The position numbers and the translations under genes are program-made. From NCBI GenBank assembly GCA_026023565.1, contig JAPETS010000005.1, positions 1 through 64,000 on the forward strand: DNA of 64,000 nt, read 5' to 3'. The DNA comes from Cirrosporium novae-zelandiae. Taxonomy: Eukaryota. Of this stretch, positions 37,061 through 51,042 are shown in pieces; position 1 is the stretch's first letter, and each line of letters starts with the position of its first letter. The notes beneath the pieces were generated by a model. It saw only the letters and a program-made list of their open reading frames with translations. It made no database searches and was not told the DNA's origin.

Positions 37061-40000
37061 TCAATACCCCCACTGCTCCAACCAAGTCCGCATCAATCCC
37101 TCATCCACCTTTTCCAGCTCCCTCAAACTCCGGCTAGCCTTGCACGTCCTCGTTGTCTGCAGACTTGGTAACCCTGTCGCCCCCGGCGCTAACGCAGCCA
37201 TAAATTCCATGATCTTGAGTGCTGGCATGGATTCTAGGTCTGACTGGGTAAGATCCTTCTGGGTTTGATGAGATTGCAAGAGGGAGAGCCATTCCTCGAA
37301 GGGTATGATGTCTGCCGAGGGGACGGCGTGGGCGTGGAAGTAGGATTGGATGGCTGGAAGGAGGGAGGACCAGGATGCGGCGTGGGGATTTGTTAAATGA
37401 AAAGTGGCATGAAAGACGCTGGGGTCTTCCTCAGCCTTTTCCTGCACTTGCACACGGCGCGTCTCTACGAGATCGAGGATCACCTTGGCCATGATGTCCA
37501 CGGGGACCCAGTCGACAACATCGTCACGAGGGCCGATGCTAGCGGGGATTTTTCCAAGGGATTTTGAGGTTTTTATTATGGAGGGCAGCCATTCGGCGTC
37601 GTTCCATTTGCCGAGAGTGGTCGTGGGACCAGAGACTTGGCCTACGCGGGCAACGCTGGAAGGAATGTGGGCGGCCGAGGAGGCAATACCCAGGATGCGT
37701 TCGGAAACATGCTTACTTTCAGCATAGCCTTGTGAGAGGGGAGCGCGCGGGTCTGTCATGTGAATTTCGGGGATTGTGGGGTTCGAGTCTTGGTTTTGGT
37801 TGGCGGCATCAAGTTGAGTGGCGAGATAGTTCCCGACGGTAGCGATGGAGGAGATGAAGAGGATGTGGGCGCGGTGGGCGCTTTCGAGGGAGAAGTCGAC
37901 GAAGTTTCGGACGGATTTAACGTGGGGACTTTCGAAGGTGGAGAGGGAGTGGTTGAAATTTACCGCCCAGGCGTTGTGGATGATGGTTGTAACGGAGGTC
38001 AGAAAGTAGGAGTACTTTTCGGGGGGGATACCGAAGTGAGCGTCGAAGAAATTGACGTGTAGGAATTCAACTTTAGTGTCCCAGGCGGAAAGGTTATGGG
38101 AGAGGCCCTTTTCCGTTAGGCTTTTCTGGGTTCGTTCAAGGGCCGTGGCTGAGCGGTTGAAGCAGTAGATCTTTTTTATATTGGCGTCGCATAGGAGGAA
38201 ATGAAGGATGTAAGTTCCTAGACTACCTGTAGAACCGGTGAGGATGATCTGCTGGTTTTTGCTATCCACTGGAATAGCCTCAGTCGGTGAAAGGGTGAGC
38301 CCAGCGGTGTACTTTTCGACCATAGCATCGATCTGCTCTTCTTTGCTAATCGAGTTAGCGCCCACAGAGGCGCCTGTGTCGAATACTCTATCCAGATATT
38401 GTGCTAATTTGTTGATAGACGAATTCTGATATATAACCCGTGCGTTGATAGCCGGTTCTTGTTCGTTTGTAAGGCCCTCTTTCAAGTTTGTCAAGGCGGT
38501 CTCAACGGCTGATCGCAGCGTGTTGGCCAAGCCTACTGTATGTAAGCTGTCAAATCCGAAGGAATAAAAATCCGCATCATCTTCTAATTTTTTTCCCTTG
38601 AAAACATGTTCGATGCATTCCCTGACAAAAGTTTTAAGCGAATCCCGGTTGATGGCCTCAGGAAATAAAGGAATATCATCTTCCTCCGAGTTGCGGTACA
38701 TGGCATCAATTTCCCTTTTGTAGTCGATGAGCGTTGCTATACGTTGGAGGGTTCCTTTAACTGTACGTCTGGGTGGCTTATCGGGCTTGGAAACCATTAT
38801 TTTTGACTTGAAGATTCTACCGGTCTGGACAGAGAACTCGTTGGCTTCTTGGACCGTCGGCCACACTTTGTCGATTAAAGACTGGGCGTCCTCCTTTGCT
38901 GGGTCCCAGCGGGTGTAGTCTGGTTCAATGAACAGGCCAACCTGAAATCGGCCCTGCCCGCAGCATAGAGCGCCGCGAACAAGTTCATGGTCTTCGATAT
39001 GTTTCTCCATGGAGACTGGATTAAACTTCTCACCATTGGATAGTACGATGACATCATCCCTGCGTCCAACAAAGATCCAAAGGTCCGGGTTATGATCCGC
39101 CCTTTTGAATAGATCTCGGGTTCGCCACTCTGATATTTCTGGGAATGTGTGGAACACGCAATGGTATTTGGAATATTTGGGGTTCTTGGGTATAATGAGC
39201 TCGTACAGATCCGAGTCCTCTATCTGTTGCATTCTATGACACGATGAGTATATGCTTAAGTCATATTTTGGTAGGGTTAAACTTACTCTAGTCCATAGTA
39301 CGAATTCCATTCAAAGTACTTCCAGTCTTTCCTGTCAACAGGACGCAAAGAGCCAACAACTCCAGCCTCGGTGCTACCCATAAGCTGGCGAATGTCGGTA
39401 ACACTTAAAAGACGGTCGCCTGCTCCCAGGGTAAGAGGACCACCAGCATAGAGGATGCTACCAACTTTTCCAGGTCCTTTAAGTACTTTAATTACCTCGG
39501 GGCTTTCGCTCAGCTCCTCAACAAAGCTAGGAGGCAGGGCTGCACACGTTAGATTCATCTGCTTAGCAATATCGAGGAACAGGTCTTCGTTCAACGGAAT
39601 CCCTGTGGGCTGGAATACCATAGCGCATCCAGTGCACAAGGGAACGTAAACCGTGAACAGAGTTCCCGCAACGTGGAATAGTGGGAATGCGTTGTATAAC
39701 CGGGAACTAGAATTGAGGAATGACCAATCGGCCGTTTCTCGATCCAGAGGACGAGGGAGCTCGCTGTTAGCGTCAAACGCCCCAAAGTATCCATGGTTGA
39801 TCGGGATCGGCTTTGGAATACCGGTCGAACCTGATGTTTGAAAGATCAGGGCAACCTTGGATGCTATGTCGTCGAGGGTGTATGGGAAAGAGTACGCCTT
39901 CGATTTGCCTTGGATAAATTCTTCTACGGAAGGCACAGTAAAGTCGTCAAAACGAGAGCCGAGTTCTTTGTTGATTTCTTTCACCTTCTCCGTCCAGTCA

Positions 40001-40484
40001 TGTGAGTGGAAGAATGCCCTAGTCTCTGTTTTTTTAATGAGGGATGCATAGCCCTCCATTGAGTTTCTCGGGCTAGTAATGAGAACCTATCAACAAAATG
40101 TTAGATATCATCAGCAAGCAGATGGGTTTAAAGTTGGTGTCCTACCTGATACCCGACTTTCATGGCCGCATAGAAGAATATTGGATATCGGATATCACTT
40201 AATGCCATGAATGCTATTGTCTCTTCTCCAAACTTCTTTGGCTTTCCCAGATGGCCTTCCAACCACCAAGCCATCCAGTTGATGGAAGAAGCCAAATTAC
40301 CGTAAGTAACATCCTGCCAACCTTTGGAGATATCATTCTGTTTGGGAATGGTTGCATATATCTTCAAAGGTTCGTCTCTGGCTATTTTGTCGATGATGTG
40401 AGGGAATAGACGTCTTCCCGGAGTTGTTTCATCTAACAAGGTCGCATGTTCAGAGACGGAGTCTGGGGTAACGGCGTAAGGCAT
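37061..40484 (-). CDS. NRPS-like adenylate-forming reductase (A-T-R; carboxylic acid reductase type), 3 exons
   Basis: A domain: FQTSGSTGIPKP, FPLFHVAG, MGSTEAG, WRTRDLF, GRRDDVIVLSNGEK. T domain: GFDSL. R domain: ILTGSTGSLG, IIHNAWAVNF, GYAESK. Introns 40145-40087 and 39286-39234. Confidence 0.93.
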
Positions 40485-42883
40485 GATGGGTATTTAGTAA
40501 AATCCTGAAAGTAGTACAAAAACAGATAATGTAGTCCTGATTATCCAGTTTCTTTGGTGATTGAGAAGGAATCCTCCAGAGCCATTCGCAGTTGAATATA
40601 TACGAGTTTATTCGGCCTTAAACATGTTTTGAAAGCGCGAGCTGAGGCCGACTGATCCGTTTGATACGTGACACATGGGCCAAAAACCAACATCCTTCTT
40701 ACCTGAAATAGGAACAAGTAGGTGTTCATCTTGCAGTTTTGGGCTTACCTAGAGAAAACCGGTGACATCCCTTGTCTGGAAGCCTATAGCACCACGGTAA
40801 AACGTGCCGAGTGTCTAGATACATGGTGAAAGCTGTGTCTAGGGTGAGCAGTGATCACCAAAGGGATTTTTTGGAATATAGAAGAGTAAACACTAAAGAC
40901 CAGTTCTGTAAGACCAGGAGGTATTTGGGGTGGAGCTGGCCCATAGCACGAATGGAACGGTGCCGTATATTCAGCAATAAAGGTGGATCGATTGTTCTCG
41001 ACCGTTGACGGCAGAATACCATATTAGGTTTTGCGATATCTGAGATAACTAGAGGCATGATTGATTGATACAGTAATTATTTTGAATCCTTGAAAGGATA
41101 TCCGGTGGGTGACAATGGTAGAAACCGAGGTAGACGTCAGTGGATTAGTAGATATTCGATGACTAAAGTCTATAAAAGGTATGAGGGGATCAAAGTATGT
41201 ACAGCACCATAGTATTTTGTAGGTCAATTGAGGTTTTGCTTCAAGCTTTGCTAGGCTAGAGATGATAGAACAAGCGGATGGATGGTTAAGCATCACTGAA
41301 CTGGGTCTAATGCACGCACAGGTATTGAGGTACCGAATGAACCGGATGAGACGGCGGTGTAATTTTTGACAGTTCATTGATGATTGATGGATCAACCCTG
41401 TTGCACATCAAAAAGGCTTAGGTACTTTAAAGCATTTGAGGCACTTGATATCGGCAGGTAATCAAATAGTACTAGAGTAGACACATTAGATTTCTGCCCT
41501 AAAAATATATAGATATATTATTATAAGTATATAGAGTGATCATACCTGCCATTACACACTCTGGCATCCTAAAGCATCTCTTGAAACTCAAAGTACCCCA
41601 GATCTTTCATCGTCATATATCATCAGCTTACGAATCCTTCACCCACATATCCAAAGCAATAGTAGCACGGATAGGTAGGTGGATGACCTCTTTAAGTCCG
41701 AAGTAGACAAATAACTGTGAAGAGCGTGCCTTCGAGGATAGCACCTATAGCTATGTTGGGGCCCAATCATGATTGAAGACTTCTCTCAACTCATGGACCT
41801 GGTCGTATCTCACACATATGTGAGCAGGGTTGAATATGAAAATTATACCAGAGATGGGGTATCTTGCCTCTTAAATGTGGGTCATGTTCAGTGGGCAGAT
41901 GTATATTAACCTTGAACACCCTGCCGAATTTTAAATCCCTCATCATGACTGATGGTTTCTTCTTTTATCATCGATAAGATCTTCAATTAATTACGATGTG
42001 ATAGGAGGCGATGCTCTGGTAAAAAAATCCCTGTAAAAGTATACTGTCGTGACTACCGTGACCGTCTACTCGAGTATGTCGTCAAGATCCTCAAGGTAAC
42101 TTTGTATAATGGAGCCGGTAACGGAAATATGACGGGAATGCAAATGACCGATGGTTGATTCTCTCATCCAAAATCTTGCATCTACTGAGTATTCCCCAAA
42201 TATTCTAAATTATCTGGATTCCTGATTCCTTAATCCTTCACCAAACCTGAAGGCGAACTTTAATCATCCCAACAATTTTTTATCACCTCCACCTGAAGTC
42301 TCTACCTTCTATGGGCCTCGATCCCTTTTTTTCCCCCTCCTCCCTAAATGCGCTTGTCTGAGGCCTTTTGTAACCCTTGGCAGCAACCTCGTCTGCTTAA
42401 CTTTACCAATTACCAGCTAGTTCCTAGAACGTCGTATCATTGCTCTCTCGTCTTCCCTCCTACCCCCACAGCATGCTATCAAGAAAGGCTCATATCCCGA
42501 TGGGATGTCAATAATAAGGTATTCGTGAAGTGAACATATGGGAAGAGTCGCCAGAACTGAAGCATCCTGACGAAGAGAAGTATGATAGGATGATAAAAAG
42601 GGAAGGGTTTGGGGATATGAAGATAAAAAAACCCAAAGCAGAGAAGTAGATGCTGGTCTAAGATAAGAATATATATAACACACGGACTGGGGCTACTACT
42701 GCCGAAACTGAGAGGCAGCTACAAAAGTAGGTTGGTCATGGAACTAAAATAAAAAAATCTCGATATCATGGAGCTTACTAAGGACCTCGATGAAGACCAG
42801 TCCTGATTGTGACACTCTCCTATTTCATAATCTAGCCGCTATTTATTTCCAGCCTCCCCTTTACCATCCACGCTTAACTTTAG

Positions 42884-43451
42884 TCAGTAGAATTTTACAG
42901 GATACCACATATCAGATTCAGGAAACTCCCATCCCTCAAAGAAGAAGTAGTTCTTGAAGCACGTACCTGTCGCGTTTTCCGTCTCAAGAAATATGAAACT
43001 GCACATCCCTTTCTTCCCCTTTCAAGTTCCCGACTGCGAACTTTCAAATCCTCGCCTTTCAAACTCCACTCTACGCCCCTGAAGAGGCACGCCGTTGCAA
43101 TTGAATGCTACGTGGTGTATGTCTTCCCCATGCTTCTCAAAAGATTTGATCATGATCGAGGGTCTAGCTACGGGCTCCATGATTTCCCATATGATAAACT
43201 CTTGTTCAGGAAGCAGACCTGAGCTCGAAGGGAGATGGTTTCCCACGGTAGGTCTAGTTGTCGACCGTCGAGGGATAGAAAGAATACACTCTCCAGGGTC
43301 CAATACCAAGGCGTAGAAGACCATCCATGGCCCGCTTGTGCAAACGTGTTACAATGCCGATCTCGACCGCGGGGCCGAGGAAGGCTGATACGGGAATAGG
43401 GGGAGTAGAACGTTGCTCTATTGGGTCTTTTTGATGCGGTAGGATGTTCAA
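42884..43451 (-). pseudogene. VOC/glyoxalase (methylmalonyl-CoA epimerase-like) pseudogene
   Basis: VEIGIVT..LGIGPWRVYSF..N*TYRGKPSPFEL / frameshifts / IWEIMEP..KHGEDIHHVAF..RGF..QSGT*KG..F.FLETENATGTCF. Stops at 43256 and 43024. Confidence 0.8.
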
Positions 43452-46423
43452 CGACTAAGCTGCAAATTATGTACTTGGCAGATTCGGGCTGATTTGTAAG
43501 CTCCCTCATATAATTTAATGAATATGACGACCATGACATGCATTGGACCACCCTTGACACGGAAATTTCTTAATTGGTCATTTCAAAAAAGTAGCTGTAG
43601 TCTAAACAATTACAGGTATCTCCATTGATCTCTTTTAATTGAGATAATCATGATCATACTATTTCAAACGTACATGGTCCAAAAACCTCCGATGATTCTG
43701 CACGTCAAAATATCAATTATTGCATTTTTCAGGAAGCAAAACAAACAGCCTTTCAATTCCCATCTCCAGAATATCTTCCCCCAGAGGTCTATAGCCTCCA
43801 TTTAGTTTCTTTCAAACCCCACATCCTCTCTCTTCAATGATCTAGGTAGCGTTCTTTGAAAATCGTGCGAGTCGGGCACGCTTCGGGATCACCTTTGCAA
43901 TGATTCATTGTAATCTAATAGGTCTGTATTTTTGGATAGTCATTCTTCATGCAAGATAATATTGACGTCTTTATGTGCTTGATGCGTCCTCTCATGGCAG
44001 GGGAGAAGGGAGATTTACAGTCTGATGAGCCTACGATCATAATTGTAGTAGTAGTTTCATTGGTCTTGGTGGTCTATATACATTATTAGTTCTGATGAAC
44101 CCGGGTCTGGTGTTTCTAGGATTACTTACTCTGAAACGAGTCTGGCTGGACGTAGACGAGATCGGCAAGATGGAGGTCGGGGGCGCGATAGTGCTCGGGG
44201 ACATCGTGGTCTCGGGGCATTGCGTTGGGATTACGGGTAAGGTCTGAGTGTAATATTCACTAGACATCTGGCGCGTGGTTGCGTAATCTGCTGTAGTAAA
44301 TTTAACACCCGGAATGATAGGGCAGTTTCGCCTTCCATAGACTAGGGCCGCTGTTGTCAACTTAAAGCAAGGTGGATTGATGCATACCGGACATGGTAAG
44401 GGAGTCTATTACCGTTGTCATGAAGCAGGAGAAAGTATCTGATGCTGCCTGGGCATTTGCGGGGCATAAATGGAGAAAATGACACTATTAGAAGAAGTAG
44501 GTCAGATCCTGTGTGTAGGAAAGGTATGATGGGTAAGAAGTCCCGTAAGATACGACAGTCACGTGAACGGAGCGAATTAATGATAACATCTTGTACGTTC
44601 TGTCTTATGCAGCTTGTTCGTTATTGAAGATGGTGGTCGGTTCAAACCTATGTTTGGGTATGAGTGGAAAAAAAGAGAACTAGTATTATTTATATATATA
44701 TTTTCTAACCGAATATAGCTCCACTGCATATGAACTTATCTTTGACAACCTTAGAAGACGAATAGATGAATAAAATAGGAGGGGGTAATGGGGCGCGAGA
44801 AACATGGCAGAGGGACATGTGGAGAGGCGTGGAAGAGGTATACGGAAGAGCAAGAACAAGAGGGGGGAAATATTGTTTAGCAAAAGCTACACAGGAATAA
44901 GAGACGCATAGATTAGATGAAAACCTCTGTAGAAATATCATAAGATAGAAAATGTCATGGTGAGCAATGAAACATACAAGAGCAAAAGAGAGAAGAAATA
45001 AAACAGTAATTAACAGATCACATTCGACTTTACTTTTCATGAGTAATGCTTTCTTCAAATTGAAGAAATATTCAACCAAAGCCTCTCAATTTAAAAGATT
45101 AGCAGTGTAGACTGATTTAAAAGAAGAGAAAGGCATTCTGTATATAACTTTGAGAAGGTTCGACGACGAGCACCCAGGTAAAAAGCTCTGTGAGATAATC
45201 TATCTTCGTTCAATTCACCTTTTCACTCAGCCTAGAAAGTACAGTAGATATAATAGACTGAAGTCACCGCCAAGATGCGGAACAACCATCAGATGATTTC
45301 AAGAGCCCCGCCTGCAGGGACACTGTACAAATTTTCTCAAGGCTGAGAGCCAAGGAGGAGGGACAAAATTAAACTCGTGATTTAAAATGACGGCTAAGGA
45401 CATGGTGGGACCATAACACCATGGATAGCAATCCTACAATTTTTTAGTCACGTCCTTAGCAATTTGGGGGCCAAAGATACCTTGGGGTCAGATTCTATGC
45501 GATTCTGCTAGTTGTTAAGCTTTGAAATCCTCCAAACAACAATATTTTGAACCTGCTTTTGATGAGGAGAAGAATAAGTGACCTTTGATGCTATTTTGAG
45601 AATGAGTTGTTGATGGAAGTAACTATTTAGATATGAGGCGAGGTCAAGGCTAAGTAAAGTCAAGCCAGTAAAGTGCCTACCTAAGTACCTAAGGTAGATA
45701 AGGCACTAAACCTAAGGCCGTCACACCCCGCCTTTCATAATCAATTTCTACTCGAGTAGGCGCCCAACCCCAGCCCTAGCCCTACTCAGGTCCCCACCTA
45801 TAAATAAGATATCCCACCAATATTTTCTAAGCGATCCAAGCCATTTCAAACCCATTTCAAGCCATTTCAAGCTCAGTCTAACCAAAGGTTATGCTTAGTG
45901 CTTATCTCAGCCTAATTCTCATCATTATAACGGGATTTTCCTTTACTATCCTTAGCTAGACTTCCCCTATCTAGGAACAATCCCCATTACCTTCGTCTTC
46001 AGCCGCAGACGATATAAAGCTTTAATATTGAAACCTTGGCTTTCATTTGCTACTCTTTCTCCGCTACCCTAGTCGTAGGATTGTCTTTCTTTCAACGGTA
46101 AGCCGTGTGGAAATTTGTCACTGTCTATCTCTTCACTCACGTTACAGTGGTACATAGATTTTGGTGGGTTGACTGCTTTGCATAACTGTACCATCCTTGA
46201 TCTTATCATCATTGGTACTCCCCCCCCATGTCGTGGCAGATGGATTGCTATATAAATCATGTTGCTGCTACTTCGTTCTTCACGAGAATACTCGCTTCCC
46301 CCCTTCGTGCGCGTTCCTCCTGTCCCAAGTCCTGGTGTTTTTCTTCTTGCTATCCCCCAAAAGTGAGCCAAAGGCAGCAAGTGGCCTATTTTAGTACAAG
46401 GTCTATTCTCTCGCTTTACCATC

Positions 46424-48678
46424 ATGCCTTCGTTCGGTCTTGGTGGACTCTCGGGAGATTCGCGTGATAGCGATGATATTAAATCGAGCCCCGGCCAAGA
46501 GAGTATACCTTTACAGCAGGATTACTATGATTCCAATGAGAAATCAGGTATGTCTATTCTCTACAAGAATGTAGCATTCCTGTAGTAGTATCTAAGCCCT
46601 TTTTATAGCCCCTCACCAGACGATATTTGCTTCTCCCACTTCAAGAAGCTCTTGGCGGGTAGATACTTCGACTCTAGAAGCTCCTCATCTGCCAGGTTAT
46701 CCATATGCCAGGCAGTTTAAGCATTCCAAACAACGGATACACCTGTTGCTTCACGGCATGTTCCAATGGTTTATTACTTTTGCCTTTTGTGCTTCAATTG
46801 CAGGATGCCTCGAGGGCTATGCCGCACGTCAGATTTTCGATACCAAGGCCAAGCATATATTTAATGCCGTCATTACTGGTTTGTCCATCTGTTTAGGAAT
46901 CAACATGGGAGTATGTCAAATTCCTTCACCATTTGTCATCCCAGCAAGCCGAGATGGACAAAGTTGATGCTGACGAATAAAATAGTCCGCCTTTAAATCC
47001 ATGGCTCATAATGCTAGATGGTGGATATTGTCGAGGCAGACATATTCCCCACTCGAGTTCGATATGATTCTAAGCTGCGAAAGTTTGACTACTCTTTGCC
47101 AGCTTATGTGGGTTTCAAGAAAAACCTGGAGGTGGATCACCATAGGTTGTTGTGTCGCCTGGATATCCGTGAACATGGCAATGCAAGTGGGAGTTGCTCT
47201 CATTGGTTTAACATACAACATCAATGATGACGACAACTGGGTCCTTGTACGTAGCGGGCTTACTTCGGCTGCTGACTCCTCGCACTTTTATCCCTATACT
47301 ATCCGTCCAGGAACGTCCAAGCTATATGGTTTCAAGCGTGATATCCCGACTCTTTCGGAAGAACAAAACACGGCCAATCTTTACGGAACTCAGTTGGCTT
47401 ATATGTACGATGATTCAAAAACTCCGGTCTTTGCAGCTGATAACGAGGAACTCTCATGGGGATACTGCTTCCGCCAAATTAATGCAATTTCGGCAACAGA
47501 GTATTTCTCCTCGCGCTGCATTGTCGCGTCAACTTATTGTACCGCTTATGAGATACTTGATGGGGCTGGTGGGTTTTAAAGTTCAAATTCAAAATATAGA
47601 TACTGATTTCAAGTGGTTTAGCGGGGAATTCCTCTATCGTCACTTATCTAAACGGGGACACACGCCAAACCCTCAACGTGACCACCGATCATGCTGAAGG
47701 AGGGACTACCTACATCACCGACACAGCCACCACATGCGGACCAAGATGTGCCAATGTCATGGTATTCCAGTCAATGCCATCCAATCCAACGGCCAACTCT
47801 GCAGCAGCCGTGTATAATTGCAATAGCTACGTTGGTGAGTTAGGCTGGACCGATCCGTACGAAGCTCCTCGTGAGAAGCAGAAGATCAAAGACCAGCAGG
47901 CGAAGGTTGCGGCTGGGGCTATTGGGTCGACAGGAGTAGTCGCCGACAATAGTACACTGCAATACAAGCTTTACCTGGAAAGGTATGTTTATAAATTCTC
48001 ACAGTTCGCACTTGCGTATTATCACCGCTCTCTAGTGAACCATGCTATCAACCATCATTGCCAAACCGTTTTATATCTACTTCGTCACTGATCCCATTTC
48101 AATTACATGACTGACTCGTGCGAAAAAAAAATAGTGACTTCTTCGGCACAAATTACTTCGGAAATAACATCTCAGCCGCCCAATACATTGCCTTCTTCAC
48201 CATTGGCGCCATTGCTCAAATGGACAGTCAAAACCCCACCTTCAACATCACCGACGGCGAGCAACCCTACACAGGAATGATGCTCCAGGTGGAATGGCCC
48301 TACGTCTGGGGAATCCTCGGCGCCCTCCTCGGTGCCCAATTCCTGCTTATGGTTCTGGGCATCTGGCTCGCTGACGGCGTCATTGTCCGTGACGATAGCT
48401 TCCTGAGCATGGCAAGGCTGCTAGGTCCCTTGGTCGAACATCTAACCAAGCAGGACGGGGAGTGGGAAGGTGGATGTCTCCTGGATTCTGATGAGATCGC
48501 AAAAAGTTGTGAGAGGGTTGGGATCAACCAGGTTACTTATACGGCGTATATGACCAAAGCGGACGGATCGTTGCATCACGTGGGTGTAGAGAGGGAGGTG
48601 GGGCTCAAGGGGCGGTGGCCGAAGGGGTGGTATGATGGAGGGAGACGGGACCAGGGGAGGCTAAACAAGAGAATATGA
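46424..48678 (+). CDS. Multi-pass membrane glycoprotein of unknown function (5 exons)
   Basis: GT-AG introns (~46548-46608, 46911-46985, ~47569-47621, ~47983-48134) join the ORF pieces into one frame. N-terminal TM helices, Cys-containing luminal region (CGPRCA, YNC), C-terminal TM and RDDSFLSMARLL.P. Confidence 0.75.
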
Positions 48679-49275
48679 AAGAAAAAGGATTTAAGAGTGG
48701 GGCGAGATTATTGAATTATTCACTGTTGCATTGCATATATGAGGGATGATTCTTTGTTTCATCCTTATGACTAGAAATGGCCACAACTTGCGGGGGCACT
48801 TACATACCTATAATGAGTACATAGGAAAGATACTAAATAACTACTTGTAAAGAGTGATAAAGTTATATCCTACCGCATCCTACACATACATTATGATTGT
48901 GAAAAACAATTCCCGAACAATAGCAAAAAATATCATTATAATACAGGTACAAGAATTCACGTTCCCTTTCTTTTAGTTCTAGACTGATTTCTGTGCATTG
49001 GTGTTAGTATTAAAGACTAGGGCATTAAAAAAAAGAGGGGGGGGGGTTGTGTGTAATGATGAGTTCAGAGTAGGTAGAGATAAATGGTTTCAATTGATGC
49101 TACAAAGGATTGCTCTGGTGAGTACTATTCAGCTAGAGTTTTTAATTCATCATAATCATCTGGATGTTATAGACTACATGTATGCATGCAAAGTGCCATA
49201 GCTCTCGACTTCGTGTTTCATTACTCGAAACTTTCGTCCTAACTAACGAGCCATTAAAGCCAGGCCTGTCCCTTT

Positions 49276-51042
49276 CTACAAGTCAGCCATCATATCTTCA
49301 TCAATCCCAAAGTCATCATTCATATTCATATCAATCAATTCGCCTCTCATATTCACTTCTCCAACTGGACCCGGAGCCCTCGCAGCCGCAGCTTCTTTAT
49401 TTTGTTTCTGCTTCCGCAGGTGATCCACGTATTCCTTGCTCAACGTGATGCGTAAATCTGTGCCTTGAATTTGCTTTTGCAGGTCGAATATTGAGTTGGC
49501 GATATTTGTCATGGCGGTGGAAAGCTCGGCCTCAGTTTTTTGGTTGGATGTATTGAAGTGCACAATTTTGCTATTAGATGAGGGGGAGGAGATGGTAGCA
49601 TTTAAGTCGCCATTCCGTATTAGAAATTGAATGTAGGTTTCTGTTTCTGATTCATCGGGGGTGATGGGGGAAGTGAGTAGAGCGATTTCATGCATTGAGA
49701 GGGAAATGTATGTGCTTTGGAGACGGAAGACGGAGAATTTGCGGTGCGCAGAAAGTACCGCGGTGATGAGACCCGTGTTATGGTCCTCTCGCCAAATGTT
49801 TTTACCAACATCGCACTCTGCTTCCAGTCGGTGGTAGTCGCCGAGCGGAAAAATCTCGGCGACTGCTTTATAGGGGGATGCCAAAGCTTCTAGAGATTTC
49901 CCTGTTCCTCCATGAATTCCTTTCGGTGCTGTACGTGGCTATAATAGATTAGTTTAGTTTTGGATACTCCAAGAAGAGCCGTAAGCGAACCTTTCCATTT
50001 ACCAACAACCCCACAAGGATCCATTTTTTGTATGCCTCCATCATGATTGCGCTAGTGACATTGCCATTGCTTGGGGTAGTAAGGATTGTCTGAAGAAATT
50101 GCAAAGCTTTATCCCAAAGTTGCAGTCCTATATATACCATCGCTCCATAATAGTAATACTCCAAGATACTTTGATAGCGTAGACGTGCCGATAGCTGAGT
50201 ATCATAGGTTATGAATGTCTGGAGGGAACCGTCATTCGCAGCAGGGTTCAGGTCCCGTCCCGATCGGGGGAAGTGGTAGATATCTCTGTTGAGGATAGGG
50301 AGAGCTGCGCGATAGTTTCTAGCTTCGAGGCAAAGTCGAACAAATAGGACGTGTGTAGATGTTAGTGTGGAGGAGGATGGGTCAAGTCGTAGTATCGCGG
50401 TTCTGATGGGCGGAATAGCCAATTCAGGCTTGAAGACTACTATAAGCATAAGTCAATGCAAATGTGGTATGACCCTTACCTGCGATGCTGCCTTAGCACA
50501 TGCTGTAACCTTCTCTATAAGCCGTTTGAATTCGGCACCTGAATATCGTACTTGGATAGGATCGAATTGTTCCAAAAAATTCACCATCTTGAACCATAAT
50601 GACCCTCCAGGAGCAGGAAGCTTCTTCTCGGAAGAAAAGCTGAGGTTAGCAAGTAGGGCGTGGAGGAAAGCCATGGTATTTATTGAAGGATTCAGGATCT
50701 GGGTGGTTTAGGTCAGTAAAAGAGCCTTTGACAAAGCTATTGAGCTAAAGGTTTTGAGTATAGCATGCCGAAAGCTCCTAAGGGAGATGAAGTTGACATT
50801 GAGAACAAAGAAAAGTAAACATCAACGACGCAAGTAAATATTTTGTATGGATACTGCTTCAGACGACGTACATCCAACAGATCTCCCCCGCCAGGAACAA
50901 CCCCCATCAAGTGACTAGCGGGGGTTTTGTTTAATATTTTAAGAAGCCCTTTTATTTGTGTGTCGTACTCATGATTTGATAAAGGCTGTAGAGGTGGAGG
51001 GTGTGGAGGAAATGCGAGTAAGTGAGGTAGTAGCCCATCCAT
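49276..51042 (-). CDS. CSN3: COP9 signalosome subunit 3 (4 exons)
   Basis: MDGLLPHLLAFPPHPPP, FDPIQVRY.G, AILRLDPSSSTLTSTH..FVRLCL, LEYYYYGAMVYIGL, SAIM.EAYKKWILVGLL, PCI-like C-terminus. Confidence 0.85.

Noticed and set aside
40541..42300. Short ORFs and protein-like fragments upstream of the NRPS-like gene; similar at 43750-44400 and 59230-59700
   Set aside because: Possibly old gene relics, but no family motif was recognisable.
45682..45790. TACCTA(A/G)GTA palindromes and CCCTAG/TAGGG telomere-like hexamers (also 2271, 26481, 51270, 53531, 54695)
   Set aside because: Short, common fungal intergenic motifs, not telomeric arrays. The one upstream of RPL18 might be regulatory but is unsupported.
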